From NCBI GenBank assembly GCA_963846575.1, contig CAWJWJ010000001.1, positions 448,001-512,000 of the forward strand: DNA of 64,000 nucleotides. The letters are read 5' to 3'. The notes below the pieces were generated by a model that searched no databases, was not told the origin of the DNA, and saw nothing but the letters and a program-made list of their open reading frames with translations. This DNA is from an uncultured Nitrospiraceae bacterium. GTDB taxonomy: Bacteria; Nitrospirota; Nitrospiria; Nitrospirales; Nitrospiraceae. The translations under genes and the position numbers were made by a program. This document shows, one piece after another, positions 1-9,991 of this stretch (its first letter is position 1; each line of letters begins with the position of its first letter).

Positions 1-819
1 GAGTCCGGACACGCGATCGCTTGGTAAATCGATCTGGGTAATGTCCCCCGTCACCACCGCCTTGGAATGAAACCCCAACCGGGTCAAAAACATTTTCATT
101 TGTTCGGCAGTGGCATTTTGAGCCTCGTCCAAAATTACAAATGAATCATTGAGCGTACGCCCTCGCATGAATGCCAGCGGCGCGATTTCAATGTCTCCAC
201 GTTCGATCAGACGATTCGCCCGCTCCATCTCCATCATGTCGAATAACGCATCGTAGAGCGGCCGGAGATATGGATTGACCTTGGCATACATGTCCCCCGG
301 GAGATATCCGAGCTTCTCCCCTGCTTCTACGGCGGGGCGAGCGAGAATAATGCGGCTGACTTCTTTTTTCATCAGCGCACTCACCGCCATGGCCATAGCC
401 AGATAAGTCTTGCCGGTTCCGGCGGGACCTATGCCGATCACGATGTCGTGTTTCTCTATGGCATCGAGATAGTATTTTTGGGTCGGAGTCTTGGGGACTA
501 TGAATCGCTTCTTGGTGACGATCGGGGAAGCACTGAACAGAAGTTCTTTGAGGGAGGCATCCTGGTTGTGACGCAGGGCGGTCAGGGCATGGGTCACATC
601 ATCGGGCCTGAGATCATACCCCTCATATGTCAGGGAGGCGAGCTCATTGAGCACTCTCTCGGCCTGCTTCACGGCATCAGGCACGCCCTCCACCGTGACT
701 TCTTCACCCCGCGCAGAACACCTCACCCCGAACTCTTCCTCGATAAGCTTGAGGTGTCGATCGTGATGCCCAAAAAGGGTTGCGGTGTTGGTGCCTTCCC
801 GTAGTTTAATCTTGCGCAC
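1..819 (-). CDS. phoH: PhoH-family ATPase (3' end runs off the window)
   Basis: Not in the ORF track. Manual translation from GTG at 819 (GGAG upstream) gives VRKIKL...GIGPAGTGKTYLAMA...PLAFMRGRTLNDSFVILDEAQNATAEQMKMFLTRLG, the PhoH/YbeZ signature. Confidence 0.93.
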   Translation of the reverse strand, partial: MRKIKLREGTNTATLFGHHDRHLKLIEEEFGVRCSARGEEVTVEGVPDAVKQAERVLNELASLTYEGYDLRPDDVTHALTALRHNQDASLKELLFSASPIVTKKRFIVPKTPTQKYYLDAIEKHDIVIGIGPAGTGKTYLAMAMAVSALMKKEVSRIILARPAVEAGEKLGYLPGDMYAKVNPYLRPLYDALFDMMEMERANRLIERGDIEIAPLAFMRGRTLNDSFVILDEAQNATAEQMKMFLTRLGFHSKAVVTGDITQIDLPSDRVSGL

Positions 820-936
820 GCGGGTGTCGGGGACTCCTTTCGTCAAGCCGATGAGTGGATTCTATCAAACCTGGAAAGTCAGGAACAAGCTCGGCAAGGG
901 GAGACTGGAAAAAAAACAGAGAAGACCCGGGAGAGT

Positions 937-1938
937 CTAACCCTTCGTTGGCGGAGACGTCTGGGATTGAGCAGTTGAGGGAATCGAAACTTCAAACTCT
1001 TGCCACGCAGTCCCCCCTTGCCCATCATCCACCACGACTTTGACACGATGGGTTCCGGTGAGGCCGGGAGTCACAGGCCAGGTCACGTGCCCACTGACCT
1101 TGTCGATAGTCATTCCCGGAGGTGCGGTCTCCAGCCCGTAGGAGACGGAATCCCCATCGGTATCCTTAGCCTGGACCGTATATTCATACCGCTCCCTGTT
1201 TGTCAGCGCCCCTGGACTCGAAAAAATTTGCGGTGGCGAGTTGCCTAATACAATCGATGATGAACGGGTCGCCGGGGCAGCGGCCTCTTGATCTCTCGCG
1301 ACGACTTCGACTGCCACGACATCCTTTCGACCAAACCCGGTGGTGTCGAGTATGCTTTCCTCCCCCTCCTTCACCTGTTTGTCGTTACGCCACCAGCGGT
1401 ACAAGTATTGAATTTCGTCACGATCAGGATCGACCGCAGCGACCCTGGCGAGCACTCGATTGCTGGATTCAGGGGAACCTGCTTCGATCGTTACCTGTGT
1501 GACGATCGGGGCAGTATTGATGACCTCAACCGGTTCGGAGCGATAGGGCGGGCTGTCTACGTGACCGTCGGATGCAATCACTTCGAGCGCAATCTGGTCA
1601 CCTCGCTTTACCTGACCCGGCTTCAGCTCGAACTCCGTTGCACCCGGCAGCGGCGTTCCATTGACGATCCACTGGAACCGTTTGCTGGGCTCCGTACCGT
1701 CCGGATCGTCTACGGCAACATGTGCGGTAATCGGCCCGGCCAATGTCAGGGGATTAGGAACAATGGTCACCATGCGAACGGTAGGCGGACGGTTATTCTC
1801 CGTGGCATGCTCCGCCACCGACCCATCTTGAGGAGAGGATGAACATCCCCAGCATGCCACAATCGCCAGGGCCGCGACTCCCAACCGAGATGCCAGAGAA
1901 TGGGCGGGGGAACAAAGCTCTCCCACCCTAGCGCTCAT
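937..1938 (-). CDS. Putative lipoprotein with tandem Ig-like/cadherin-like (He_PIG-type) domains
   Basis: Hydrophobic stretch ending VACWG-C (lipobox-like). Repeated NxPPxV...DxDGD...Y.W modules and a C-terminal YTVQAKDTDGDSVSY...APPGMTIDxxSGxVTW. The start is uncertain (ORF track gives 1974). Confidence 0.75.
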   Translation of the reverse strand: MSARVGELCSPAHSLASRLGVAALAIVACWGCSSSPQDGSVAEHATENNRPPTVRMVTIVPNPLTLAGPITAHVAVDDPDGTEPSKRFQWIVNGTPLPGATEFELKPGQVKRGDQIALEVIASDGHVDSPPYRSEPVEVINTAPIVTQVTIEAGSPESSNRVLARVAAVDPDRDEIQYLYRWWRNDKQVKEGEESILDTTGFGRKDVVAVEVVARDQEAAAPATRSSSIVLGNSPPQIFSSPGALTNRERYEYTVQAKDTDGDSVSYGLETAPPGMTIDKVSGHVTWPVTPGLTGTHRVKVVVDDGQGGTAWQEFEVSIPSTAQSQTSPPTKG

Positions 1939-1958
1939 TAAAACCCACGAGGTTGTCA

Positions 1959-4900
1959 TCACAGGTTTGTCCATGAAAAGTACCGGCTTCGTGGGTCAAT
2001 TGCGACGGGCACGCTGATGTTCGAGCTCGGGAGGCCCGCATTTGATCCACACGTCGCGCAATCTCCAAAATTTCCTTGGCTCATATTGATCAAGAGACCG
2101 AACGGACTGCCACCGTCACGACCGGATCCCATATGAACGACGATGCCGAACGCTAAACCTTCTCCAAGGGATCCGAATCTATTTACAGTTTGATTCGCAC
2201 CTGACGCAGCGGTTCCGATTATAGGCTCTTGGTACGCGCTCCCTGTTTTGTAGAACAGCGCCCAGAGCCGGCTCGTCCCGGATGAGACGCAGAGGTCGCC
2301 CGTCGGGGTAAAGGTAGGAAAAAACACAATCCCTCCAAACACCGTCGGGCTGCTCACCACCCGTTCACCAATCCCATAGGCCACGGGTTTGGACGGCGGG
2401 TTCGCCGGCTCAACCAGCTTGGTCACCCAGCCATCCTTGCTCTGCACCAGTCCGATCAACCCTGTGAAGGTCGACGCGCCGCTGACTCCGGAAACCTGAT
2501 TCGTCCCGCTTGACTGCCCACAGTCTCCGACGCCCACCACACACACTGACGCGGCCGACACATCGACGAGATCATTTTCCATGCATTTGTCGACACCAGC
2601 GGATTGATTGCAGCCTGCATTCAGCACGGAATCTTTCAGTCCGACAAAATACTGGGTAGTCACATCGGTCTTGTCCGACTTACCGTAATAACGGCCGCTG
2701 CCGGCAAAGACCCACACGTTCGCGGCATCATCCACCGTGACGGACGGGGCTGTCGCAACCGGGCCCATCTCCGCACCGGATAAAAAGGTATCCAGCATCT
2801 CGGTGGGAACCCGGGCACTTCCCGAGGCGATACCCCACTGAGTCGGGCTGGTCACCGTGCCGAACTTCGCGGTGGCTCCCCCCGCTCCCATGGTCAGACG
2901 GTAGATCTTTCCCCGCCAGGGAAGCGACCCGTCGTCGATGACGCGCCCGAAATACACCACGTCGTGACGATAATCCAGATCTCGATCAAACGATGTCATG
3001 TCGCCGAGATAGGAATTCCAGGAACCGAAAGAATACGAGGTCACCAGACTGTTGCCAGTGCCTGGTCCTGTTGCGAGGTCGATCACGAAGGCCTTAGCCC
3101 CTTGCACCACGCTGGCATCGTACCCGGTCGGGCCGGACCCGACGACCATGTACCACTTCGCATTCGTATTGCTGGCCTTCGCGTCGGCTGCAGGATTCAC
3201 TCGAACGACAGCCGGGACGCTGGTGGCAAGCCCCATGTCCGGGCTGCTGAATGACCAGAGCAGCTTTGGAGCGTCAGGATTGGTGACATCGATGGCAAAG
3301 TACGAGCTGTAGAACGTGTAGTTTGTTCCACTGATGGAGACCGTCATGGGAGGAGCCCCCGTCCCGGACGTACAGGCTCCGCAACTTCCCCCCATTCGGA
3401 ATCCACCGATCAAAATGGTTCCCCATCCGTTCGGATGGTCGGCATCGGGAGTGAAGGTCCGCACATCGGCCACCTTGAGCGGCAGGTCGACATAGTAGGC
3501 ATGCTGGTAGTCGGCACGGGTCAAGAACTCCAGCTGCGGAAGGAGCTCGTACGGCACGAATCCCCACGACTCATCTCCCAACGCAGCACCCGTGGAATTG
3601 TCAGACGGACCGGTAGTGAACCAGCCATGTTCAGTGATATTGGCCGGAGCAGAGGAACTCGCGTCATCGCCGGGGTGATAATAACCGGCGTTGAACGCGT
3701 GCAGCATGCCATCGTTTCCGCCGACATAGGCGACCTGCCGTCGGTTGTACCAGCGCTGTAGGAAGGCAGAGTAACTCTGGTCTCCATAAATCGCGTCATG
3801 CCGGTCTCGGGGACCTGCAACCACCGTCGGCGTCGAATGGATGACGTCCCCTAACTTCCACACCTTCAAGGTTCCGCTGCCGGCCGGGACTTGCAGACGG
3901 CGGTCCCTTGTCGTCGCCTGCTCCGCGCAAGTTGCCACGTCGCAGCCACGGACAAAATTAATGATCTTGGTACCCTCGGCACTGGACGAGGCACGAAGGT
4001 AAGGCCGGAGGGTCGCCTCATTGGCCGTCGTGAACGGGATCTGCTCACCGGAGTTGACGATGCCATCGTGATTCGAATCGACCCATGTGAGAATGGTGCG
4101 AGTGGATGAATCTTTTAAGGCCAACTGTTTGCCGGCCTCCCAAATCGGCTTAATATCACTCAACAGCTGCGCGCAAGGATTGCAGTCCGCCGTCGTCACG
4201 AGATTGTCGCCATTCTGATCGTTCGGCAACCCGTCGCCGTCGCTATCTACATACTTATCGACCTTCACTGTACTTGTCGCCGAGTCGTACCGGGTCTTGA
4301 TGATCCTGTCGACCTTGTAATCGAGCCGGCCATCCTGGTTTGTATCCTCACGGGTATTCCCGAAGGTGTCGATGAAGAGAGACTGCGTATACCCGGTCCA
4401 TCTCACATCACTCAGAGTCGACGGCTCGAGAGTGCTGGGATAGAAATACGATTGATAGAGTGCGCCTTCACCTGTCGAGGCCGTAGCGAGTACGGACACC
4501 GATGCACCCGAGGCACTTCGTCTGAGAATACTCGAGATGGTGGCAAGGAGCTTGTCTTGAATGTCATCCACGTTGGACAGATTCAAAGTAGGCATCGGGC
4601 ACACCATCGGGAGTGGCTGCCCCCGTCAGGTTGTTCTCCCTGTCCCATTCATTGGTTTGAGGGACGCCGTCCCCATTCGCATCCTCGAACCCGCCCAACC
4701 GCGCCGTCTGGGCCAAAAGTCCTCGTCCGTTGATCGAGCCGAAGGCAAAAAATGAGTACACCGTCACGTTCTGATTGCCGGGTATGCAATGGCCTGTGAT
4801 GCCCAACACTGGAATCGTACCGTCGGCCGTCCCGTTGCAGGGACGAAGGTCATTGGTGTGGCCCCAGTACGCCACATCATCTAAAAAATGGCTTCCCAGG

Positions 4901-6369
4901 TCTACATAGTCGGTCTTGTGTTCTGCCAGAAGGTCGCTGTACGGGGTCGTCTGGTGCGTGTTGCAAACGAGATCCACGGGCCTGGGTGGTGCGAGGTTGT
5001 CAGTCCCTATGCAATGGCCTCCGTGGTGGGCATGGGCATAGTCTTGCAGGCCGAGCGGAATATTCTGGTCTTGGGTGGATTCCCCGTCCGTAAAGACGAT
5101 CACAAACGTCCTACAGCAACTGACGACCTGAGAGGTCGAGGACCAAGCCGGCGTATGATCCTTTCCGAAAAAATAGGGATCACGGCCACAGGCGTTGGCG
5201 ATATAGCCAGCCGGACATGACTCTCCACTGCCCAGGACGGTGACTTCTTTCGAGCCGATCGATCCATTGCCACTTTGGCCAAACCCGACGCCGTTCGAAC
5301 TGCCACCGGCAAAGGCAATGGGATAGACATAACTCGATGGCAATATGTTGGACTGGACCTGCGCGACGTACCGCATGGTTTCGTACAGCGCTTCACCGAG
5401 CGGGGTCCAGGTGGAGGGATAGGATTCCTGGCACGGCATCCACCATGGCCGCCGTGTTGGTATTAAACGTCTCGACGCCGGTTCCGCTCCAATCGATAGT
5501 TTGCCGGAGGCCTGCTCCCACCAACATGCGCGCACCCTCGCTGGTGGACTTGAACTCCATCAGGCCGAAACGCGCCTTGCTGCCGATCTGCTGAATGACG
5601 CCGGTGGGTTCGGTGGTATAGCCGACCCTCACTTCGTATTTTCGTAGGCTGTACGAGTCACCGCAATCTTTATCGAAGGTGGCATCGTTGTCGACGCAGA
5701 AGTAGGCCTCTCGACAGCCCTATCGTGATCGTGGCAGGATTGCCGGTCCGATCGGCCGAGGGGATTCGTCCAACATAGGTGTTTGCACCCGTCCCGCCGC
5801 TGTAGGTTACGCCGGCCAGCTCCGTTTGCACTCCTTGGGCCTGGGCGATGACGGTCTTCAAGGCCGGGGTCCCATCGGTCGGACAGGTTCCGTCTGGGTT
5901 TCTTTTCTTGTAACAGTCTCCGCCTATCATTGCGATTTTCACCGCGTCGAACCGCCGGACTGTCGCCCAATTCAGAAAGTTGCCATCCCACTCCGTGCTC
6001 GAACAGGCCGTCGCCAGGGTTGCTTTCACCGCGCCATTCTCGAATCTCTTATCGCCTGTGTCGTAGACGTAACACACGCAAGGGATTAAAATAACCCGAG
6101 TAGCGAGTCGTGTTTGTAAAGGTCGTCGTCGTGGAACTCGCTCCGCTCGACAACATACCGCAGGATGTGGACTCGCAGGCCCGGTTGCTCATGCTGCCGG
6201 AATTGTCCATCAGAATAATGATATTCGGCGTCGTCGCGTTGGAGACGAACGCAGGTGTGGCAGTATAGTCGGCATTCGAAATGGCCGCATCGGCAGCACT
6301 CGAGCCAAAAAGAGCGGCGCTGAGATTACCGGCCACGACCAGGACAGCAGCAAGAGTTCGGCGATTCAT
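1959..6369 (-). pseudogene. pilY1: PilY1-like pilus tip adhesin (about 1468 aa when repaired), interrupted by four +1 frameshifts
   Basis: Five ORF fragments join into one protein: signal peptide, vWA-like MDNSGSM / TPLGEALYE / FVIVFTDGE, Cys-rich region, then the PilY1 propeller (KLGDVIHSTP, YVGGNDGMLHAFNAG, GERVVSSPTVFGG). Removing one base near each of 6075, 5712, 5431 and 4579 gives a continuous 4407-nt frame. The breaks may be sequencing errors. Confidence 0.88.
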
Positions 6370-6447
6370 GCGTTCTCCCTCCTTATCTCAAGCAGGACTA
6401 CAGCCGTCGGACTGTCGGCTACGGGTTGAGACAAGACCTTTCATGCT

Positions 6448-6797
6448 TTACTGCGGCAACGTCACCACCATTTTGTCGATGTGGCCTTCTTTCAGATGAA
6501 ACTTCACTTTCGAGGTCGGAATAATTTGTCCGAGTTCCAGCGGTTCCCCTTCCGGGGTCACCACCAGCACGGCCGACTTGAGGACATAACTTCGTCCGTC
6601 GATCCGAATCGACGATCTCTCCACCTCATCGATCATGCCGGACTGAAACCCCGCAGTCGTAAATGGCATCACTGCCTGCGGTTGTTCGGTCTGCGGTTGT
6701 TCGGTCTGCGCCAAGCCGATGGACGGCAAGGGCCCCGATTGTGACCAGTGCCAGCAGGCTGATCGTCGCAAGGATTCCGAGTCGGTGTCATCGCCAT
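6448..6797 (-). CDS. Small exported beta-barrel protein of the pilus cluster (N-terminus broken by two +1 frameshifts)
   Basis: Removing single bases near 6784 and 6731 gives the signal peptide MAMTRLGILATISLLALVTIGALPSIGLA-Q after a GGGGAG RBS. The mature part GMIDEVERSSIRIDGRSY...KVKFHLKEGHIDKMVV looks OB-fold/PilY2-like. Confidence 0.7.
6676..6710. repeat. 15-bp tandem repeat (CTGCGGTTGTTCGGT x2.3) encoding QTEQP x2
   Basis: Directly visible at 6676-6690, 6691-6705 and partially at 6706-6710. Confidence 0.9.
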
Positions 6798-6808
6798 ACT
6801 CCCCTCTC

Positions 6809-7453
6809 TCAATTGATTTTCTTCACGCATGTGTCGCCATCCAAACAGCCGTATACAGAGGTGACCGTGCTGTTGGACCCGGTCGCCGGATTGCTCGCCA
6901 TGCAGGTAATCCGGTAGACATGCTCGGTTGCTGCGACCCCGGTTCCTTGCCCGCTCTTGGGATGCGTGTAGAGCAGGTCAATGTCGCCGTTGACTGTGAA
7001 CCCGGGAAGATTTGTCATCACGAAATTCGGAGTTGTGCTGGCAACATCGGTATAGTTGACGGCCGGCGTATTGGACGCTGCCGGTGACGGAAGGTCATAC
7101 CCGTAGATCTCGGCGTAGAGCGTGGTTGAGTTCGATGCCGGAACCGGACCCGTCGGAGCAATGAATGAAGCCGGCAGGACACCGGGAGGTGCGAGCGTTT
7201 GCTGAATGATATTGGCGGCGAGGCCCTCACACGAATCCGCGGCGGCTACCGCCGCTTCCGTGCTGCGGAAAAATCCCGCCATTCGATTCTCCATGCTGGT
7301 CACGGTGACCGAGGCAATGCCCAGGATGCTCAGAATCAGCAACATCAGCATGACCGTGAGCAATGCGATGCCCTTTTGATTGTCCACTGCGGTCATCTCA
7401 GGCCTTCCTCCCGCACCGCTATGTTCCCGTCGCACGTCCATCGTGTCTCTCAC
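6809..7453 (-). CDS. pilX: Minor pilin PilX-like (set 1)
   Basis: QKG|IALLTVMLMLLILSILGIAS...MENRMAGFFRSTEAAVAAADS: PilX N-terminal pattern lacking Glu5. The true start may be downstream. Confidence 0.85.
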   Translation of the reverse strand: MRDTMDVRREHSGAGGRPEMTAVDNQKGIALLTVMLMLLILSILGIASVTVTSMENRMAGFFRSTEAAVAAADSCEGLAANIIQQTLAPPGVLPASFIAPTGPVPASNSTTLYAEIYGYDLPSPAASNTPAVNYTDVASTTPNFVMTNLPGFTVNGDIDLLYTHPKSGQGTGVAATEHVYRITCMASNPATGSNSTVTSVYGCLDGDTCVKKIN

Positions 7454-7454
7454 G

Positions 7455-8558
7455 TTACAAGTTGCGTGGCTGGATCGTTCTGATCATCACACGCCGCCGT
7501 TGCTGCTGATACAGGGTGGCGTCGTAGGTGGCATCACCCGACGGGTCGTGGTCGCCGACGATCACTGGACCTGCAGTGTTGGCGGCTTTGGTTGCCCTCT
7601 CATCAAGCCCTTCGTCCGCCTTCGTGGGCCGGACGACCAGACTGACTTGCGCCATCTTGATTTTGTCCGGTGTCCCGGGCGTGATCGCCCAACCGCTGTT
7701 GGAGATAAAATCTCCCTGTGTGAAAGTCGGAAACCCGGACGACGACGACGCGTCTTGATCATCCACGATTCCATCTGCCAGGAGCGGATTGGGTGCCGCT
7801 TGATTACAGCCATCGCACGCATAGGTAATCTGCAAGTCCTCGACGCCGTCGACGAGCGGCACGTTATTTCTCACTAAACAGGATGTCGTGCTCCCGCAGG
7901 TGGCGGGCGCGTTTGCCAGCACCTGATATTGGACACACTGAAGTAGATACACCGGCGTGCCGGCGGGAAACTGTCCGTCAATATAATTACCGGTCCCGAA
8001 TCCGATCGACGTCGCATTGACGACTTGGACCGTTTTCGAGAGCGCCCCTCCGATGGACACTGTCGATCCGATGGCGAGCCCGTGGGCCGTCATCTCGGTG
8101 ATGGCGGCAGCCGAAAGACTGAGGGTATTGTCATACGTTCGGTTGTTCGGAGTTCCGCCCACCGAAGCCGTCAAGGTCCACCCGGGCGTATTCATAACCG
8201 GCAGGACCATGGATACCGCATCAGGGCCCAGGTCTGCTCCCGTGGGTGTTTGGTCCTGAGGGAGCAGTCCGACCGGCTTGACGATGGCGCCGATGGTGGC
8301 CCTGCAGGTGCCCACCGCAGCCGTGCCAGGATCGGTGGCGTTGTAATTGTACCCGGCAAGCTTGATATCCCGACTCAGTAGATCGATGGCCAATCGAACG
8401 TTCTGCTGGGTATCAGCCACCTGGGAGTTGACGACATTCGCACGGTTCGACGTGACGACCGTGGTCATGGTCGCCGCCATGATCACCACCGTGATCAGGA
8501 CAGCTGCCATCAGTTCTACGAGAGTGAATCCCTGTTGGTTCTCGGCGAATCGACGCAT
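7455..8558 (-). CDS. pilW: Minor pilin PilW-like (set 1)
   Basis: QQG|FTLVELM prepilin motif; QQNVRLAIDLLSRDIKLAGY; PLVDGVEDLQITY; C-terminal IQPRNL. Confidence 0.9.
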   Translation of the reverse strand: MRRFAENQQGFTLVELMAAVLITVVIMAATMTTVVTSNRANVVNSQVADTQQNVRLAIDLLSRDIKLAGYNYNATDPGTAAVGTCRATIGAIVKPVGLLPQDQTPTGADLGPDAVSMVLPVMNTPGWTLTASVGGTPNNRTYDNTLSLSAAAITEMTAHGLAIGSTVSIGGALSKTVQVVNATSIGFGTGNYIDGQFPAGTPVYLLQCVQYQVLANAPATCGSTTSCLVRNNVPLVDGVEDLQITYACDGCNQAAPNPLLADGIVDDQDASSSSGFPTFTQGDFISNSGWAITPGTPDKIKMAQVSLVVRPTKADEGLDERATKAANTAGPVIVGDHDPSGDATYDATLYQQQRRRVMIRTIQPRNL

Positions 8559-8578
8559 CGTTAAACTCCACGCCGCGC

Positions 8579-9133
8579 CTATTCAGGCGCGACCACAGTC
8601 GTAAACACAGCCGTCTTGGTTCGCGCGACACTCACATCACTGCGCTTGGTTTGCCAATTCAGGGTGATCGTGATCAAAAACCGGTTCATCGTGACTGGAG
8701 TGGTCGTGGGATCCGGATCGAGCCGAACCGCCGTGACAAGCCCGGTGGGAGTTGTGAGTCCCGAGTTCGCTACTAAGGCCTGCCATTGCGTGCAATCACC
8801 CAACGCCATCCGTTGCGTACTGGCATTCTGAGCACAGGCGGCTGCCGTAGTGGTGTTGTGATAGTCCAACACGCGCTGCCGGTTATTTTGAATGCGCTCC
8901 GTCATATCGGCGGCAAGGTTCGTCACGCGGGTCATGTCGTTGGCGTCGACATTTTTCCCCAGCGACAATCCCGATAATCCAGCCAGGCCCATGAGTCCGA
9001 TTGACAGCACCCCTGCAGCGACCATCGCCTCCAACAGCGTGAACCCCCCCTGCAGGGATCGATTCAGTCCTGACAGATTCTGTGGTGTTTCAAATCGTTT
9101 CATCGGGCGTTTAGGGACAGGTCGCGCGGGCAC
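8579..9133 (-). CDS. pilV: Minor pilin PilV-like (set 1)
   Basis: GG|FTLLEAMVAAGVLSIGLMGLAGL; LAADMTERIQNN. The start may be ATG at 9103. Confidence 0.88.
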   Translation of the reverse strand: MPARPVPKRPMKRFETPQNLSGLNRSLQGGFTLLEAMVAAGVLSIGLMGLAGLSGLSLGKNVDANDMTRVTNLAADMTERIQNNRQRVLDYHNTTTAAACAQNASTQRMALGDCTQWQALVANSGLTTPTGLVTAVRLDPDPTTTPVTMNRFLITITLNWQTKRSDVSVARTKTAVFTTVVAPE

Positions 9134-9587
9134 ACCAGTTCACCTTGCCCCCAGGTGTGACAACCACGGAATAGGTGGTCCCTTGTTGTGATACCAATGT
9201 GACTGTTTGATTCGCGGCTGCTCCGCTCAAGCCCTGCTGGGTGAACTGGATCGTGGGCCCACCGGCAAACGAAACGATCGACTGCGGGAGCAGGATCGGC
9301 GCTAATGCCCCTCCAAAGTCGACATTCACCTTTCCCGACACCAGAGCCAGGGTGACGGTCACGGCAAGATTTCGATTCATGGCCGCCATACGGGCGAGGG
9401 TGAGACTACCGGCCAGTTCCGTCGTGCCCTGCTTCAGTTGATAGCGAGCATTCCATTGAAGGTAGTTAGGGACCGCCACCATCGCCAGAATGCCGACAAT
9501 CGCCACGGCGATCATGACCTCAATGAGAGTGAAGCCCTTCCGGCCAAGAGCAATTGAGGAACGTTGGTGATGGCGGTAGCTACACAT
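9111..9587 (-). CDS. fimT: FimT/FimU-like minor pilin (set 1)
   Basis: RKG|FTLIEVMIAVAIVGILAMVAVP; ELAGSLTLARMAAMNRN; IQFTQQG; VVVTPGGKV. Start placed at ATG 9587, downstream of the sigma54 site. Confidence 0.85.
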   Translation of the reverse strand: MCSYRHHQRSSIALGRKGFTLIEVMIAVAIVGILAMVAVPNYLQWNARYQLKQGTTELAGSLTLARMAAMNRNLAVTVTLALVSGKVNVDFGGALAPILLPQSIVSFAGGPTIQFTQQGLSGAAANQTVTLVSQQGTTYSVVVTPGGKVNWCARATCP

Positions 9588-9602
9588 GGCAACAGGCAGA
9601 TG

Positions 9603-9618
9603 AGCAAGTGCCATGCCG
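9603..9618 (-). promoter_or_regulatory. sigma54 (-24/-12) promoter of minor-pilin set 1
   Basis: Minus strand reads CGGCATGGCACTTGCT, a GG-N10-GC spacing close to the TGGCAC-N5-TTGC consensus. Confidence 0.72.
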
Positions 9619-9643
9619 ATAAAATTCACCTGCAATCTCAGCT

Positions 9644-9656
9644 CAACATATTGATT
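9644..9656 (-). promoter_or_regulatory. IHF binding site
   Basis: Minus strand reads AATCAATATGTTG, an exact WATCAANNNNTTR match in an AT-rich patch between the sigma54 site and the putative UAS. Confidence 0.68.
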
Positions 9657-9715
9657 TCTTTATTTCATTCATCGCGCACGCCGCACAATTCCGAGCGTTA
9701 AATGATCTGTCCGAT

Positions 9716-9728
9716 GACAAAATTTGTC
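9716..9728. promoter_or_regulatory. Putative enhancer (UAS) palindrome for a sigma54 activator
   Basis: GACAA-AAT-TTGTC inverted repeat about 100 bp upstream of the -24 element. Confidence 0.55.
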
Positions 9729-9991
9729 TGGTTGGCGGCGATCTACGGCTCGAGTGGCAACTGGCGGGATCCCATCCTGGGGGTTCAGCTGAATCTCGAC
9801 CGGCCGTAGGGATCCTCATAACGACTTTGGATGAGTCCGATGGGCGCGAGGCCGGTCCGGTCGTTGGTAAAACGTTGCTCGGAAGAGCCTCATCACGTAC
9901 AGATGGGTATCAACGGGGAACTATGGCCCATGAACCTGGCCAGGCGCGACGCAAACGTCCTTGGCCGCGGACAAAGAAGGTGGGGAAAGAC

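Noticed and set aside
448..804. 118-aa plus-strand ORF in the track
   Set aside because: Antisense shadow of phoH, which the track missed because it runs off the window.
5629..5991. 120-aa minus-strand ORF inside the pilY1 region
   Set aside because: Out-of-frame overlap of the repaired pilY1 reading frame.
4570..6797. Programmed frameshifting or phase variation in pilY1
   Set aside because: There are six independent sites, none in a long homopolymer or slippery heptamer; error or decay is more parsimonious.
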